From assembly GCA_013239625.1 (NCBI GenBank), contig MU054220.1, positions 4,833,328 through 4,897,327 on the forward strand: a stretch of DNA of 64,000 bases. Reading direction: 5' to 3'. Position 1 is the stretch's first letter, and each line of letters opens with the position of its first letter. The notes below the pieces were generated by a model, which made no database searches, was not told where the DNA came from, and saw only the letters and a program-made list of their open reading frames with translations. This DNA comes from Lama guanicoe (taxonomy: Eukaryota). This document shows positions 50,489-64,000 of this stretch, piece by piece. The position numbers were made by a program, and so were the translations under genes.

Positions 50489-50901
50489 CTGGGAGAGGAA
50501 GGAGAATGCAAGAAGTTAGAATATTGGTTTTTAACCTTTCCTTCTTGGCTGTTGTGATGGTAAGTAATGTGGTCAGTTTCCTGGTAAATGGCAGAGTCGT
50601 GCATCTCAGCGTGGGAGGCAGCGGTTTGCTACGTGTCTGTGACAGGGAAGGAGCTCGCACCAGCGTACCAACACGGTGCTTCCTTCACTGAGAGAGTCTT
50701 GCCTCGAAAAACAAAGCAAAAATGTCAGTTGGGTAAACAGTCTGCTGGGTGAGGTTGCTGGTTTCCACCCTGGTGCAAGCTCTGAGTCTCACTGCAGATG
50801 CGTAAGGAATAGTTTGTGGCCGACACTGTCCACAGACCACACAGTGAGACGTGCTGTCAGAGCCAAGGTGTCCTCTGCAAGGACGGCCACACCACCTGAA
50901 G

Positions 50902-51109
50902 CAGGGGCTGGCAAGCTTTGGCCCACAGGCCGCATCCAGCCTGCTGCCTGTTTCTGAAACTTGAACACACCGCTCCCATGCCCTTGGGCACTTCTGTTGC
51001 TGTCTTCACGCCACCGTGGCAGGAGTGAGTGGCCGCAAAGGAGGCTGGCTGGCCTCAGAGCCTGTATTTGTACTCTCCGGCCCTTTACAGAGAAAGTTCC
51101 CTGACCCCG
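50902..51109. mobile_element. MER58-like hAT-Charlie MITE (TTC17 intron)
   Basis: caggggctggcaagctttggcccacaggcc...ggccctttacagagaaagttccctgacccc. Confidence 0.75.
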
Positions 51110-52148
51110 ATCTAGAGTCTTGGCCCTTCCCTATCGCCTAGCAGCAGAGAGCACAGACTGATAGGTTGAACAAGCAGCAATATTATTATCACAAATATTA
51201 CAAATACGTATTCCCTTTCACTGTGTTACCTGAGCAACCGCTATCTGTACCACACTGTTCTGCATCCCTGGGTTCTTCTATAGGAGATGCAGAGAAAACA
51301 GAAAAAGAGACCCACCTCTGTCCCTACCGGACACCCACGTAGTAGTGCGTGTCATTATATGAGGTCACAGAGGTTTAACACCTTCCCTAAGATCACAAAG
51401 CCAGTGAGAGGGGGAGCTGCGTTTAGAGCTCGGCAACGCCTGACAGGAAAGCCCTACCCCTTCCACCAACCCAAACACCGCCCTTGTGAACAAGAGGACA
51501 CGGTCTTGTCTTTAGGGAGTACGAGATCTGGAGATCAATGCAGAACTCAGCACGTGCGGATGCAAATGTGCTGTTAAAAAGTTTTACATTCTCCATCATC
51601 GTAACAATGGCTTTTTGAAAAGACTGATGCTACACAGGGTATTCTGGGTGTTTTTGTTTTTGTGGAAAAGATGAAGTCAGATAAAGACCAGGAACTGGCT
51701 GATACATATGAAGAACTGGAAATTTGCTTCTGTTTCTGTGTCTGGAAGCAAGCGCCAGACCGGGCACCACAGGCCCCCAGGCCCCGGGGAATAAGCCACA
51801 CCCAGAAGGACTCGAGGCTGACGGCCTGCCTAGGCCAGCGTATTTGGTGTGTGTTGGATGGCTCTGAGCACAGCAGAAAGGGCACTCAATGATACAGTGT
51901 CTTACAGTGATCCTGAGGCCCCTCCCTGACACTCCTCCCACATTACTGAGGTAGGGAGGGCACCACAGTGGGTATAATTCATGGGCTTGTGGGGGCGAAA
52001 AGGGGTCACACTTTTTTTGCCCCATCTTAGCCTTCTGCCATTCTCTTACTGGCTGGGTGTGAGGAAGTCCAGTTGAAACCTCAGAATAACCCACTGGACA
52101 AGGGAAAGGACAAAGGGATGGAAATTCACACCTCTGGGCCCCACTTAC

Positions 52149-52268
52149 CTTCATCTGGTGTGGAGCGTAGTGGAGGGCCTGGCGTAGGCAGTCAATTGCC
52201 TTCTTTCCTTGGCCTTTCACTCTCCAGTAGAGGGCTGCCATGCTGGAAAGGACCCAGGACGTCTGGTT
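52149..52268 (-). CDS. TTC17: TTC17 internal coding exon (third from last), TPR region: NQTSWVLSSMAALYWRVKGQGKKAIDCLRQALHYAPHQMK
   Basis: 120 nt, phase 0/0; acceptor ...ttcttttctag|AAC and donor AAG|gtaagt on the minus strand; peptide recognised as TTC17 C-terminal TPR repeats. Confidence 0.93.
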
Positions 52269-52579
52269 CTAGAAAAGAATGGTCAGCTAAGGCTGGTGTC
52301 TCTTAAATAACATACTGATTTACCACCAAGATTAAGAGCAGTAACACAAGTGAATGACCGTTTAACTGAGTATCTAGCTGGGGCTGGCAGTCTGCTACAC
52401 ACCTTGTGTTCATCCTCTCGTTAATCCTAACAGCAATCCTACAAGCTGGATGCTACCATTACAGCCTTTTTATAGATAAGAAAATTGATCCAGAGAGGCT
52501 AAATATTGTGCTCAAATCCACTCAGATTACTAAACAGCAGAACTTTATTTCATGCCCATATTCTTTTGCATTTAAATTT

Positions 52580-55500
52580 ACTTAGCTTTTTGAAAATGTA
52601 ACTTAGTCATATTTCAAAAACCAGAAATCATACAGTTATAAAGTAAAAAGTCTCCCTAATATCTGTGTTTGTTGTATACAAGTAAACACTAATTTTTAGT
52701 TTCTTATGTAACCTAGGATTTCTTTATGATTTATACAAGCAAATATGAATACAGACTTCTCTCTCACCCCTTTTTTATGAGGTAGCCTACAATATAAGAG
52801 GTAACATTCATCTGCCCTTTGCTTTTTCCTCTAAACACACACCTTGGAGATCTTTCCACATCAGTGTATGGAAAACCTGTTCATGCTTTTGTTATCAGCT
52901 GCATAGTATTCCATTGTTTGGATGTACCATTATTTACTTAACTAGATCCTTATTAATGAATATTCGTCTCTTCCCCAATTTTTCGCTGTTAAAACAATGC
53001 TGCAAACATGATCCTGTATAGGTGTGATGTTGCACTTGTGAAAGCACATTTGTAGGATACATTTCCAGATGTGGACATGCTATGTCAAGGGGATACACAC
53101 ATTATTTTGACAGATATCACACTGCCCTCCACAGGATTATAACAATTTAATCTTCCACCAGAAATACACACAAGTCCTTGCTTCCTTACGGCCCCACCAA
53201 GGAGTCTGTTATTAAACTCCTGGGTTTTCGATAGGTGAAAATGTGGTTTAAATCTGCATTTCCCTTCTTATGAGTAAAGCTGACCAACCTTCCCTGTTTG
53301 ACAGCCTCTTTTATTTCTTTTCTATTAAGTACTTGTTCTTATATTGTCAGTTCTTCTATGAGGTCTGTATCTTATTTATATGAAAAAGCTTTTTATGTAT
53401 TAGGGAGATTAGTCCCTTGCCTGTATATGCACTATAGATACATTCCCCCAGGTTCTGAAGTTCACCTTTGGACTTACAGTGCTTTGTGTGATAGAAAGGT
53501 TTTGATTTCTACATCATTCAGTTTATTAATCTATTTCTGATGGTTTCTGGGTTTTCAGTTGTAACAGTTAGGAAGGTCTTGCTTATTCCAAGGTTATCAA
53601 GAGTTTTTACCATGTTTCTTCCCCCCAGAACTTCTGTAGTTTCATTTTTCATGTTTAAATTTTTGATTCACTTAAATTTTAACTTGGTGAAAGCAAAAGA
53701 TATGGCTCCAATTTAATTTTTTTCCAGATGGCCACTAAGTTATTCCAATAATATTTAATGAATAATTCATCTCTTCACCCACTGTGATGCTATCTTTACC
53801 ATATATAAAATCTCAGAACCTAATTCAGGTCTAATGTTGACTCTCCCTAACTATCTCATTGGTCCCTTTTGATGGACGATCTCTAACTCCCAATCATCAC
53901 AGATGAGGCACTCAGAAAACTTACCCTGCTTCCTATCTTATTTTTTTCTTCCAATCTCATTTTCTGGTAAATTTATCATTTTTCATTGTCAGGGCATATA
54001 GTATTTATATTTTGTTCTCTCACCCTATTTCCCATCTTTGCTTTTGTATTGGTTCTACAGTTAAATATATCCCGTGATCACAGGCATCACTTCCAGGTGG
54101 CTTCCCCAGTCACCTCCTAGTTGGCTGAAGTTCCTCTTCTAGTGGTTTTCTTACACAGGGTTGATGGGAAAATTATTCTCAGATTGTCGTGACAGGCTGA
54201 ACTGTGTTCCCCAAGATTCACATGTTGATGTTTCAGTCTTTAGTATCTCAGAATGTAACTATATTTAAAGTCTTTAAAGAGGTGATTGAGTTAAAATGAG
54301 GCCATTATTGTGGGGGCCTAAGCTAACATAACTGGATTTATATTGAAGAATTTACAGAAGAGGAAGAGACACATCGGGTCGTGTGTGCAGAGGGACGACC
54401 ATGTGAAGAGGTGCCAAAAGGGAGGGCAGCTGCAAGCCAAGGGGAGAGGCCTCAGAGGAAACCAACACTGGCAGCACCGGCACCCCCACTGTGCAGCCCC
54501 CAGGACTGTGAGAGAATGAATTTCAATGGTTTAAGCCACCTGGTATGTAGCAGTTTGTCACAGCAGCCCTAGCAAACTAGTACAATCATATAATTTTAAA
54601 ACTTCCTGTCTGCAGCCTTCATGCCTGAAGGACAGCTGGCTGGATATAAAACCATAGCTCCTTCTTTCCTTCCTTGAATAATGTGCTGGCATTGCTCCAT
54701 TGCCTCTTGGTGTGAATGGGTGCGGCACAAAAATCTGAAGCTAGCCTGATGTCTTCTTCCTTCTTACTGACTTGATTCTTCTGAGTGGCCTCCCCAAAGG
54801 ATTCTTTTGTAAACAAATAAAATTATCTTTCTTTAATGCCAACATTTGGCACATACTGAAGAATATATATAGACACACACGTAAAATAAGTAATCATATA
54901 AAATATAAATTTATGTTGTAAAGCATAAAATAATGAATATCCCAGAAATCACCACCTGTCCAAAGAATGAACTTGCATCTGCCTATATGTTCTCACACTC
55001 TGCCATCTGCTTGCCTTTTCTCCAGAGGCACACAGTATCCCAAGTGTTGTGTTTACTACTCCACTGCTCTTTTTAAACACTGTTCTATCACTTGTACACA
55101 CATATATTTGCTCCAACAATATAATATTTCATTTACTTCTTTCTGTGCATTATAAAAATGGTATAATACTATACCAGCAGTCTTCTGGGCCTTGGGGTTT
55201 TTATTCAACACTCTGTTTCTAAGATTCATCCATATTGCTGTGTGTAGCTTTAGTTCAATTTCCTTGCTTCACAATTATATGTTCATTAAGTGAATATACT
55301 ATAACGTATTTACCTATTTTCTGTAAATGGGGAGTTTGAGTAATTTCGTTTTTAAGTTTTCTGTTGCCAATAAATGTGTAGTTTTTCTAGTTCAGAGTAA
55401 ATACCTAGGAGTGGAACTGCTGGGTCATAGGATGTGCAAATGCCCAACATAACAAGAGAATGTCAAATTGTTTCCTAAAGGTGTATGACAATTTATAATT

Positions 55501-56730
55501 CCATGAGCAAATTTTAAAAGTGCCTCTTGCTCTGTATCCTTTCTAATTCTTGGTATCATCAGTAGGAATAAAACAGCATCTTACTGTAGTCTTAATTTGC
55601 ATTTCCTGATTATTAGTGAGACTGAGAATTGTTTTGTGTGTTAACTGGTCATATACATATATGTGTATATATAGATCTTTTTTTCTGTGAACTGTCTGTT
55701 AATATCATTTATACATTTTTATATTTTATTATTTATCTTTCTCATCACTTTATTTATATGCTTGGCATGTTCATTGTTGCAGGTTAAATGTGTTGTATGA
55801 ATTTTCTCTCACTCTGGCTTCTCACTAATTTGAAAAATGCCTTTAATTTAAAAAAATTTAAACTTTAATGTAGTTGAGCTTATTAACATTCTTTCTTTTA
55901 AGCTTGTGCTTTTGTATCTTCTTCAAGAAACCTTTGTGTACTTCAAGGCCATAATGATCATCTGCCACATTTTACTTTAATTTTTAAAGTTTTGTGTTCG
56001 ATACTTGAGTTCTTAATTCACACAGAATTCATTTTTTGGGTAAATGTGAGGTGAGGATTGAACTAAGTAACTGCCCAGGCACAGCTTCCTGAACACCGCC
56101 CTCTTCCCTGCTGACCCTCCACAGCTCTGTGTACGCTGGACTTTCGATTTAGTCCCCCTGGTTATTTCTGTTGATCCTTGAGCAAATGGCATAATGTCGT
56201 GTTTTATAATTTTTCATAAAAGTATGGCAATTCTCACCACCTTTCTCTTCAAGAGTGTCACGTCTATTCTTTATCCTTCCGTATAAATGTAAAGATCTGC
56301 TTTTTGAGTGCCGTTAAAAAACCTGTTGTTATTTTGATTATAATAGCATTGACTCTATAACTCAACTCAGAGAAAACTGACATGTTTATGGTGTGTGGCC
56401 TCTTACCCATGAACATTACATATCTTCCTGTTTATTTAGGTCTTTTAAAATGTCTTTCAATCAAGTTTTATCACTTTCTGTACATAGGCCTTATGATTTT
56501 TGGTTAGATTTAATATTGGGAACTTTATTTTTTTAACAAATTTTTTTTTAAATTATGCTTTCTAATATTTATGGCTGCTATATAGAAATGCAACTTATTT
56601 TTATTTATTGACTTAAAGGCAACCATCTTGATAAGAACATTGTTATTTCTAAAAATCTGTAGATTTTTTTTTAGGTTTGCTATGTAGATAATCACACCAT
56701 TTCTGGTAACATTTTGTTTTTCTCTTCCTA
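52580..56730 (-). mobile_element. Patchwork of ancient L1 (L1ME/M-type) fragments in the TTC17 intron
   Basis: Repeated antisense L1 motifs (gcatagtattccattgtttggatgtaccat; atacctaggagtggaactgctgggtcatag). Confidence 0.7.
54188..54583 (+). mobile_element. MLT1 (B/C-like) solo LTR
   Basis: tctttaaagaggtgattgagttaaaatgaggcc...gcagccctagcaaactagtaca. Confidence 0.85.
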
Positions 56731-56734
56731 AGGG

Positions 56735-57400
56735 ATCAAATCAATAACCTAAGCTTCCATTCTGAGAAATTTAAAATAGAATAGCAAATTAAATACCAAG
56801 CAAGCAGAAGACAGGAAGTAATAAAGGTAAGAGCAGACGTCAGTGAAAGAGAAAACAGAAAAACAATACAGGAAAATAAATGGATCTAAAAACCCGTTCT
56901 TTGGGAAGATTAATAAAACTGATAAACTTTTAGTCAATCTGATCAGAAAAAAAAAGGAAGAGAAAAGATACAAACTACCAAGATCAGAATTGAGGAGGTA
57001 TGTTACTACAAATCCTACAGATATTAACATAATGATAAGAGAATATGATGAACAACTTTATGGCAATAAATTCAATGACTTCGATAAAGTGGACAAATTC
57101 CTTTAAGACACAACAAAGGTTACTCGAGAAGAAAGATAATTGGAATACTCTCATTAAAGAAAGTGGGTTTGTAGTTAAAAATCTCTCACAAAGAAAACCC
57201 CTGGCCCAGGTGGCTTCACTAGTGCAATCTATCAAACACTTGAGGAAGATATAATACCAATTCTCTACAAATTCTTCCAGAAAAATAAGGTGGAGGAAAC
57301 ACTTCCGAACTCATTATACAATGGTCATTATTATCCTGATACCAAAACTAGACAAAGTATCATAAGAAAATCAGACTAATACACTTCATAAATACAGATT
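56735..57400 (+). mobile_element. L1 ORF2 internal fragment
   Basis: KINGSKNPFFGKINKTDKLL...IREYDEQLYGNKFNDFDKVDKFL. Confidence 0.85.
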
Positions 57401-58569
57401 CAGACATAGACTAATTGGTTTATCAATAGTGGAGAAAGACGTCTATGTTGGTTTGTCAATTTCATTATTTTTTTTTTTCTTTTTATATTTTGAGGTTATT
57501 TTACTGGGTATGTATAAAGTTAGAAGTGGTATATATTTCTGGTGAATTAAAGCTTTTATCATTGTGTGGTCATTCTCTATGACCCTAATAATTTTTTCTG
57601 TTTTGAAATATATTTTTTCAGGCAATTAATATGTCTACTTCCTTTTGATTAGTATATTCCTTTTTGGTTAGTATTTCTCCATTATTTTCAACATTTTTAT
57701 TATGCTTTAGGCATGACTCATAAAAACATGTAGCTCTTTAAAAAATTTTCCAATTTGACATTACTGTGACCATTATATTACAGACTGTTTTTAAGATTAT
57801 CTTATTTCTTGGTTTCTTTTTATCCTGATTCTTGAATGCTTTTTTCCTCCTTTTTTAGGCCATAAATTTCTTGGGTTGACTTTTCTGGGGGGCCTCCCCT
57901 TAATTATTTTATCCTCACAGGTTTGGATTTGCACATTGTTTTAAAAGTTATCCTTAAATTTTTACTCAATGTTTAACTTAAAGTCCAAGCAATATATTAA
58001 CTCACACCTCCTGAACACTAAAAGGGCCTCTGAACAACTTAACTCTGATCATCCCACTCTCAAATGTACATTCTATTTTGTTCAGTATTTCTTTTAGTCA
58101 TTTGTCATTTATTTTAAAATCTCACAAATTGTTTTCTATAGACAACGTTTGTTTGAATTCGCGTACCTGTGTAATTTTATTTGCTTAGTAAATCTTCCTT
58201 TGTCTCATAGACTCATTCTTTGGCTATCATAACAGAAAAGTTCCTTTAAGGTAGGGTTGTTGGTAGTAAACTTTTTCCAGTTCATTATCTCTGAGCATCT
58301 TCATTCTTCCCTTATTGTAGGGTTCACAATTCTAGGGCGTCCGGTATCCTCTCAACACCGTGATCTGGCTGAGACAGTTGCTATGAGAATTAGGCTGTCA
58401 TTTTAGTCATCATTCCTCTATAGGTGATCTGTCCTTTCTTTCTCCATGAAGGCAGAGATCTTTGTCTTAAATTTTTCTTCACCAGTTTATGCCAAGCACC
58501 TCAAAAGTATTTGGCACAAAGTAGGCCTTTGCTACACATTTGTTGAATACATGAATGAATGGCTGCTGT

Positions 58570-59574
58570 GATATTTCTTAAGCTATTTTCTCTCAGATGC
58601 AAATCCAAAATTCTATAATCTGCTTTGTGATACTATGGCTGGAACTCTGCAAAGCGCACTTCTTTGCTAGCCAGCTTCTTGTTAGGTTCTGCAAATCTGT
58701 GTGCTAAGGGATTGGAAGGCAAGAGGGAGAGGCACTTTCTCTCCCAGTTTGCATGTTGCTCCTGTCAGCGTCATTCTGGCAACAGCACTTAGCACGGGCA
58801 GCACTCCAGTCTCCAGCTTCTTCCAACACTCCCAGACCCAGCAGCCAGCCCGTGCTCCATCCTCAGATGCTGGAAAGCTAGCTCAGCCAGAGCGCTCCCA
58901 CGAACTCCTAGATTCTGAAAACCCTAACTGCTTGTCTTATTTCATCCCGGGGGGTGGGAGCCATTCCCTACAGTTAGCATCTCTGGTTTACCTCATCGTT
59001 CCCTTTTTCCTTTGTCAGCCCTCCACCACAATGCACAGGCAAGCCTGGGAGATACTGCGGCTCAGTTCTGGACCACCACAATAAAGTGAATGTTGAAATA
59101 AAGCGAGTCACACAAACTTTTTGGCTTCTCAGTACATATAAATTATGTTTACACTACACTGTAGTCTATTAAGTGTGCAACAGCATTATGTCTCAAAAAA
59201 CAATGTACACATCTTAATTAAAAACTACTTTCTTGCTAAAAAACTGCTAACCATCATCTGAACCTTCAGCAAGTGGCAATACTAACATCAAAGGTCATTG
59301 ATCACAGATCATCAAAACAAATAGCAATGAAAACGTTTGAATATTGCGAGAATGCCAAAATATGACACAGAGAGACAAACTGAGCAAATGCTATTGGAAA
59401 AATAGCACAGACTTGCTCAACAAAGGGCTGCCCTAAACCTTCAACTTGTAAAAAATGTAGCATCTGCAAAGTGCAATAAAACAAGGTCTGCCTGTAATCA
59501 GTTCTCTCAATTAAATTGCTCTTCTGAAATACCTAATGTCATTTCTGTTTTCCTGACAGTACCCTGACTGAAAC
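58570..59574. mobile_element. ERVL-class LTR (LTR41-like) split by a Tigger element
   Basis: tctgctttgtgatactatggctggaactctgcaaa...ttctgttttcctgacagtaccctgactgaaaca. Confidence 0.6.
59036..59494. mobile_element. Tigger1 internal-deletion derivative
   Basis: Ends caggcaagcct / aggtctgcctg|ta; gaccaccacaataaagtgaat...aagcgagtcacac. Confidence 0.85.
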
Positions 59575-60577
59575 AGATGCTTTTAAGATATCTGTCTCTG
59601 TTATAATGTATCTTGGCATGGATTTCTTTTTCTTTTTCCAGCTTGAGATACATGGTGCTTCCTGAATCTGCTGATTCGTTTATTTTCTCTGTAACATTCC
59701 AGGTACTTTTTTACACAAAGCTTGAGATTCACTATTTAACTGTGCCTAAATATATCTGACTCATCCACTGAGTATTTGACTTAATTACTTAAATAAATAT
59801 ATTTTTAGTTTAAGATGCATTGATTTTTAAAAATTTACCTACTCTTTTCTGATATGTCATTTCTTTGATCACCTTTGTGACTACAGCTCTTAAGTGTATT
59901 ATAATGAAAAAGTTCAAGTATATATAAAAATAAATAAAACAGTAAAATGAACTTCCATGTGCTCATCACCTAGATTCAACGCTTATCAACAACTCATGGT
60001 CAACCCAATTTCATCTAAACCCTCATCCATGCTAATCTGAAGCAAAGCCCAGATTTTATATAATTTTACCTGTAAGTTTTTCAGTGCTACCTCTAAAAGA
60101 TAAAACTTCATGTTTAAAACATAAACTTAAAAAATCTGGCCTGGAATATTGAAAACTATTCTTTAATATCATCAAGTATTCATCTGATGTTCCTATTTCC
60201 CCCAACTGTCTTATAAAAGTTTGCTTTGCTTTTATAGTTTTAATCACAATCTAAAGTCCATACATTACAATTGGCTAATGTATTCCTTAACTTTCTTGAT
60301 CTCCAGAATTCCCCTTCATCTAATTTAAAATTTCTACTTTTGTAGAAGAAATAGGATTATTTATCCTGTAGATGTGTACTGACTGGACTCTGCTTACTGC
60401 ATCCTCATGGAACAATTTGACATGTTCCTTTGTCCTCTGTCCTCCTTTTCCATGGATTGTTGGAGGCTTAATTGGATTCAGATTTAACTTACTGGGGAGG
60501 AGTGGGGGTAAAACTATTTTATAGGTGGTAATGTAAACTTCCAACAGTACATACATTGTCTGAGTATCTCTCTGCTT

Positions 60578-61222
60578 TAGGCTGCTTCCATGTCTTGGCT
60601 ATTGTAAATAGTGCTACCATGGACACTGAGGTGAATGCATCTTTTTGAATTACAAGTTTTCTCTAGATATATGCCCAGGAGCCGGATTGCTGGATCATAT
60701 AGCAGTACTATTGTTAGTTTTTTAAGGAACCTCTATACTGTCTGCCACAGTGGCTGCACAAGTTTACAGTCCCACTAACAGTTTGGAGGGTTCCTTTTTT
60801 TGCACACCCTCTCCTGCACTTATTTATAGACTTTTTAATGATGGACATTCTGACTGGTGTGAGAATACGTCACTGTAGTTTTGATTTGCATTTCTCTATT
60901 AATTAGTAATGCTGAGCATCTTTTCATGTACCCGTTGGCCATCTGTATGTCTTTCTTGGAGAAATGTCTATTTAGGTCTTCCGCCCGTTTTTTGATTGGG
61001 TTGCTTGTTTTTTTTATATTAAGCTGTATAAGCTGTTCGTATATTTTGGAAATTAGTCCCTTGTTAGTTGCATCATTTGCAAATATTTTCTTCCATTCTG
61101 TAGGTTGTCTTTTTGTTTTGTTGATGGTATCCTTAGCTGTGCCAAAAAGCTTTTATGTTTAATTAGGCCCCATTTGTTTATTTTTAGTAATGGAAATAAA
61201 AACAAAAGTAAACAAATGGGAC
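60578..61222 (-). mobile_element. L1 fragment with short inverted 5' segment
   Basis: Antisense L1 ORF2 end to ~61185, then sense-oriented agtaatggaaataaaaacaaaagtaaacaaatgggac. Confidence 0.8.
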
Positions 61223-61229
61223 GATACGC

Positions 61230-63960
61230 ATTTTTAAAATGAGAATTTTGTCACAAATGTGGCATTAGATAAATATCAGTTATGTCAAATTTGCTTATTA
61301 GCAAGATGTTCTACATCTTACTTATTTCTTTGTCTTATTGTTACTTATGAGTTTTACTTAGTTCTATCACCTATGGAGAAGTATGTTAAAGTCTATTTGG
61401 ACTGTGGATTCATTTATCACTCCTTTTAGATCAGTCAATGCTTGTCTGTATAATGTGAAACTATGCTATTGGTTACATATAGACTTACAATTTTTAATAT
61501 TCTGGTGGTCTGACCACTTTATTATTATGAATTGTCTTTCTCTGTAGTAATGCTTCTTGCCTTAAATTCCACATTGTCTGATATTCGTATAGTTACACCA
61601 GCTTCCTTTTGAATAGTGTTTGCATGACATACTTTTCCATCTGTTTAATTTCAAACATTTTGTATCTTATATTAAGGTGTGTTACTTGTAAAGAGCACAT
61701 AATTAGGTTCAGTATTTTAACCTAGTCTGGTAGTATTAGCTCTCTAACTGGGGTACCTAGTCCTTTTATATTTATTGTGATTACTGATACAGTGGGTTTA
61801 TCACTATCACCTTACTATTTGCATTCTATTTCACCCACCTGTTTTACATTCTTTTGTTTTCTTTGCCTCTTTTATGAACTAATCAAATGTTTTTATTTCA
61901 TTTTCCCTTAATTATACATTTTAACCTGTTTAGTGATTAGCCTAAAAGTACAACATATCTTTGAATGATTACAGGCTAAAAATACAAATGATTAATTTTA
62001 TTACTTTCCTGAAAAGTTAAAGCCTATCACTTTGTCCATGTGTATTCACGGGAAATTAACCTCACGTTAACTTTTCAGCTGTGTTCCCCTGGAAACTTAA
62101 TAGAGGCAGAACGTCACCCATGTTAGTGGGCAACATCGCTCATAGTAAAGACAATCTGACTGAACTGCAAGTGGACCAGGGGGACTGTGATGACCTGGTG
62201 GAAAGCCACAGCGCTGGGCTTTCCTGAGTGATGCTTCTTGATGTTTCTTGTCCTCTGCTGGAACTGTTGGACTCTGGGCCCATGGGACTGTTATAAGAGG
62301 CACTGGTTCTTACATGGAACTTGAGACTTCCAAGCCAGGGTGGTTCCCGCACTCACCCATGTAGTCTTGGGGGGTTAGGGCAGAGAACAGTCTCCAGGAC
62401 TGCTGCCAGAGAGCTACAGGGACTCCTGGAAAAATACGAAAAGCCTCACTGCTGGCTTGCTGTATTTCCTGTTCCACATTCTCCTGAGTGAAGGCAAGAC
62501 AAGTGCCCTACTGGGTTGTGCTAGTATGAAATATCTATCGAGCTGGCCTTGAAACCACAGGCACTGGGCATGCAGAGTGGTAGCAGCAGTGGAACAGACT
62601 TTTACATCCTTGGTTCAATATGGCCAAGGCATTGTGATATAAAGGGAATGGAGAGGGAGATGCTGATGAGACTGAAGCCCCAGTGAGAACCAACTTTCCC
62701 AGAGTCTGGTGGCAAAAGCTTGACATTGTGTGACAGGGGAGAAATCTTCCTCTTGTGGGAATGGATGAAAGCTGGAGACAAACTTATGACTGAGAGAAAA
62801 ATGCCCCACTGTCCAAGACACGGAGCTGACTGGAAACCTAGTTGCAAATGGGCTGGCTGGCAAGAATGACATTGCCTTAGTGATGCATTTGAGCCAGACT
62901 AGACATTGATACCTGACAGGGGGCGGGGAGGAGACAAGCATATGAGGGTGGGCCGAGAATGGTCCCTGGCTCATTCTGGAAGTACACACCAGATTTTGCT
63001 GTGCTTCCTACTCCCTTATTCTTCTGAGTGAAGCCCATGCCAAGTGAGGCTGATCACATGAGTGTGAAATGTCTACCTGGACCTAAGACCATCTACAGTG
63101 GTCACTTCAGCTCCATAAAGGAGTTTTTGTATTGCTGTTGTCATGAACTGTAACCTCAGAAGACGTTACTGTTATTATTTTATATTACCATTTTCTATAC
63201 GTACTCTAATATATTTATTTTTTCTGTTGCTCTTTGCTCTTTCCTGTATTTCTGAATTTCTACCTGGGATAGTTTCCTTCTGAAAAAAAATCCCTTTAGT
63301 GATTTTAAATGCAGTTTTAGTGATTGGTAACACACATCATTCATCTTTTGGTAGTCTGAAATCTTTATCTAACCTTCATTTTAAAAAAAGCAAGGTATAA
63401 TTTAAATAGAGAGAAATGCTTAGAACTTAGGTACAACATTGTTTTAAATATAAGACACAGAAAATTTCCAGTACTTAAAGAAGTCCTTTCAAGTTGCTTC
63501 CCAGTCAACGTCTTCCTCCACAAAGTGATCACTGATCTGATTTCTATCACGATAGGTTAGTTTTGCCTGTTTTAGAATTTCATATAGTTGGAGTTATACA
63601 CTACACACTTTTTTGTGTCCAATGTCTGGTACTAGCATAATATTTTTGAGATTCCTCAATATGGATATTGGGTCTTTCTTGTAGAATAGTATCTACCGTA
63701 TAAATATACCACTGCTTATCCATTCTTTTAGTAAGTATTTTGTGGACATAAGACTTTCCTGTCTCTTTGATAAATACCTAGCAGTAAATTACTGGGTCAT
63801 ATATGTTAACTTTTTAATAGACTACCAGACTGTCCTCCAAAATGACTGCACTATTTCATACTCCCACTAGCAACGTATCAGACTCTGGTTGCTCAGTATC
63901 ATTCCAACATCTGTATTATCAATCTTTTTCATTTTAGCCCTTCTACTCTCACAATGCTTC
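61230..63960 (-). mobile_element. Ancient L1 fragments flanking an unidentified ~1.07 kb insert (~62039-63110)
   Basis: AT-rich antisense L1 motifs (ttgccttaaattccacattgtctgatatt; gataggttagttttgcctgttttagaatttcata). Confidence 0.65.
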
Positions 63961-64000
63961 TTGCTTCAAAGTTTTTTTAATGAGTATAGTTATATGTGCT

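Noticed and set aside
51630..52241. 203-aa ORF beginning MAALYWRVK
   Set aside because: Only 52149-52268 is exon; the rest is read-through past a consensus GTAAGT donor
1..64000. CRISPR arrays, operons or prokaryotic defence systems
   Set aside because: Sequence is mammalian (spliced gene, LINE/SINE/LTR content); no repeat-spacer arrays seen

Overview
Mammalian (eutherian) genomic DNA, not prokaryotic. It is probably from a camelid, judged from two tRNA-derived SINEs of the type I recognise from camel/alpaca genomes. The only protein-coding content I can support is the 3' end of TTC17 on the minus strand: three phase-0 coding exons (52149-52268, 50345-50488, 48609-48740), a ~1 kb 3' UTR with AATAAA at 47611-47616, and part of a long upstream intron. 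The remaining ~47 kb is intergenic. By human synteny (TTC17 - MIR670/MIR129-2 - HSD17B12) it runs toward the miR-670/miR-129-2 locus; I did not find either hairpin inside the window. This region holds a CpG island with an internal 102-bp-period duplication, a second small CpG-rich element, several RFX X-boxes and an RE1-like site. It also holds a dense record of nested transposon fossils: a two-LTR ERV1-like provirus with tRNA-Arg-like PBS and deleted env, ERV-L gag/pol and CR1/L3 remnants, L1-in-L1 with a likely 3' transduction, and a twin-priming inversion. There is one 471-N assembly gap. I cannot demonstrate a new biological system; the best leads are regulatory and retroelement observations listed as findings. 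Repeat family names and most repeat boundaries are by-eye estimates.
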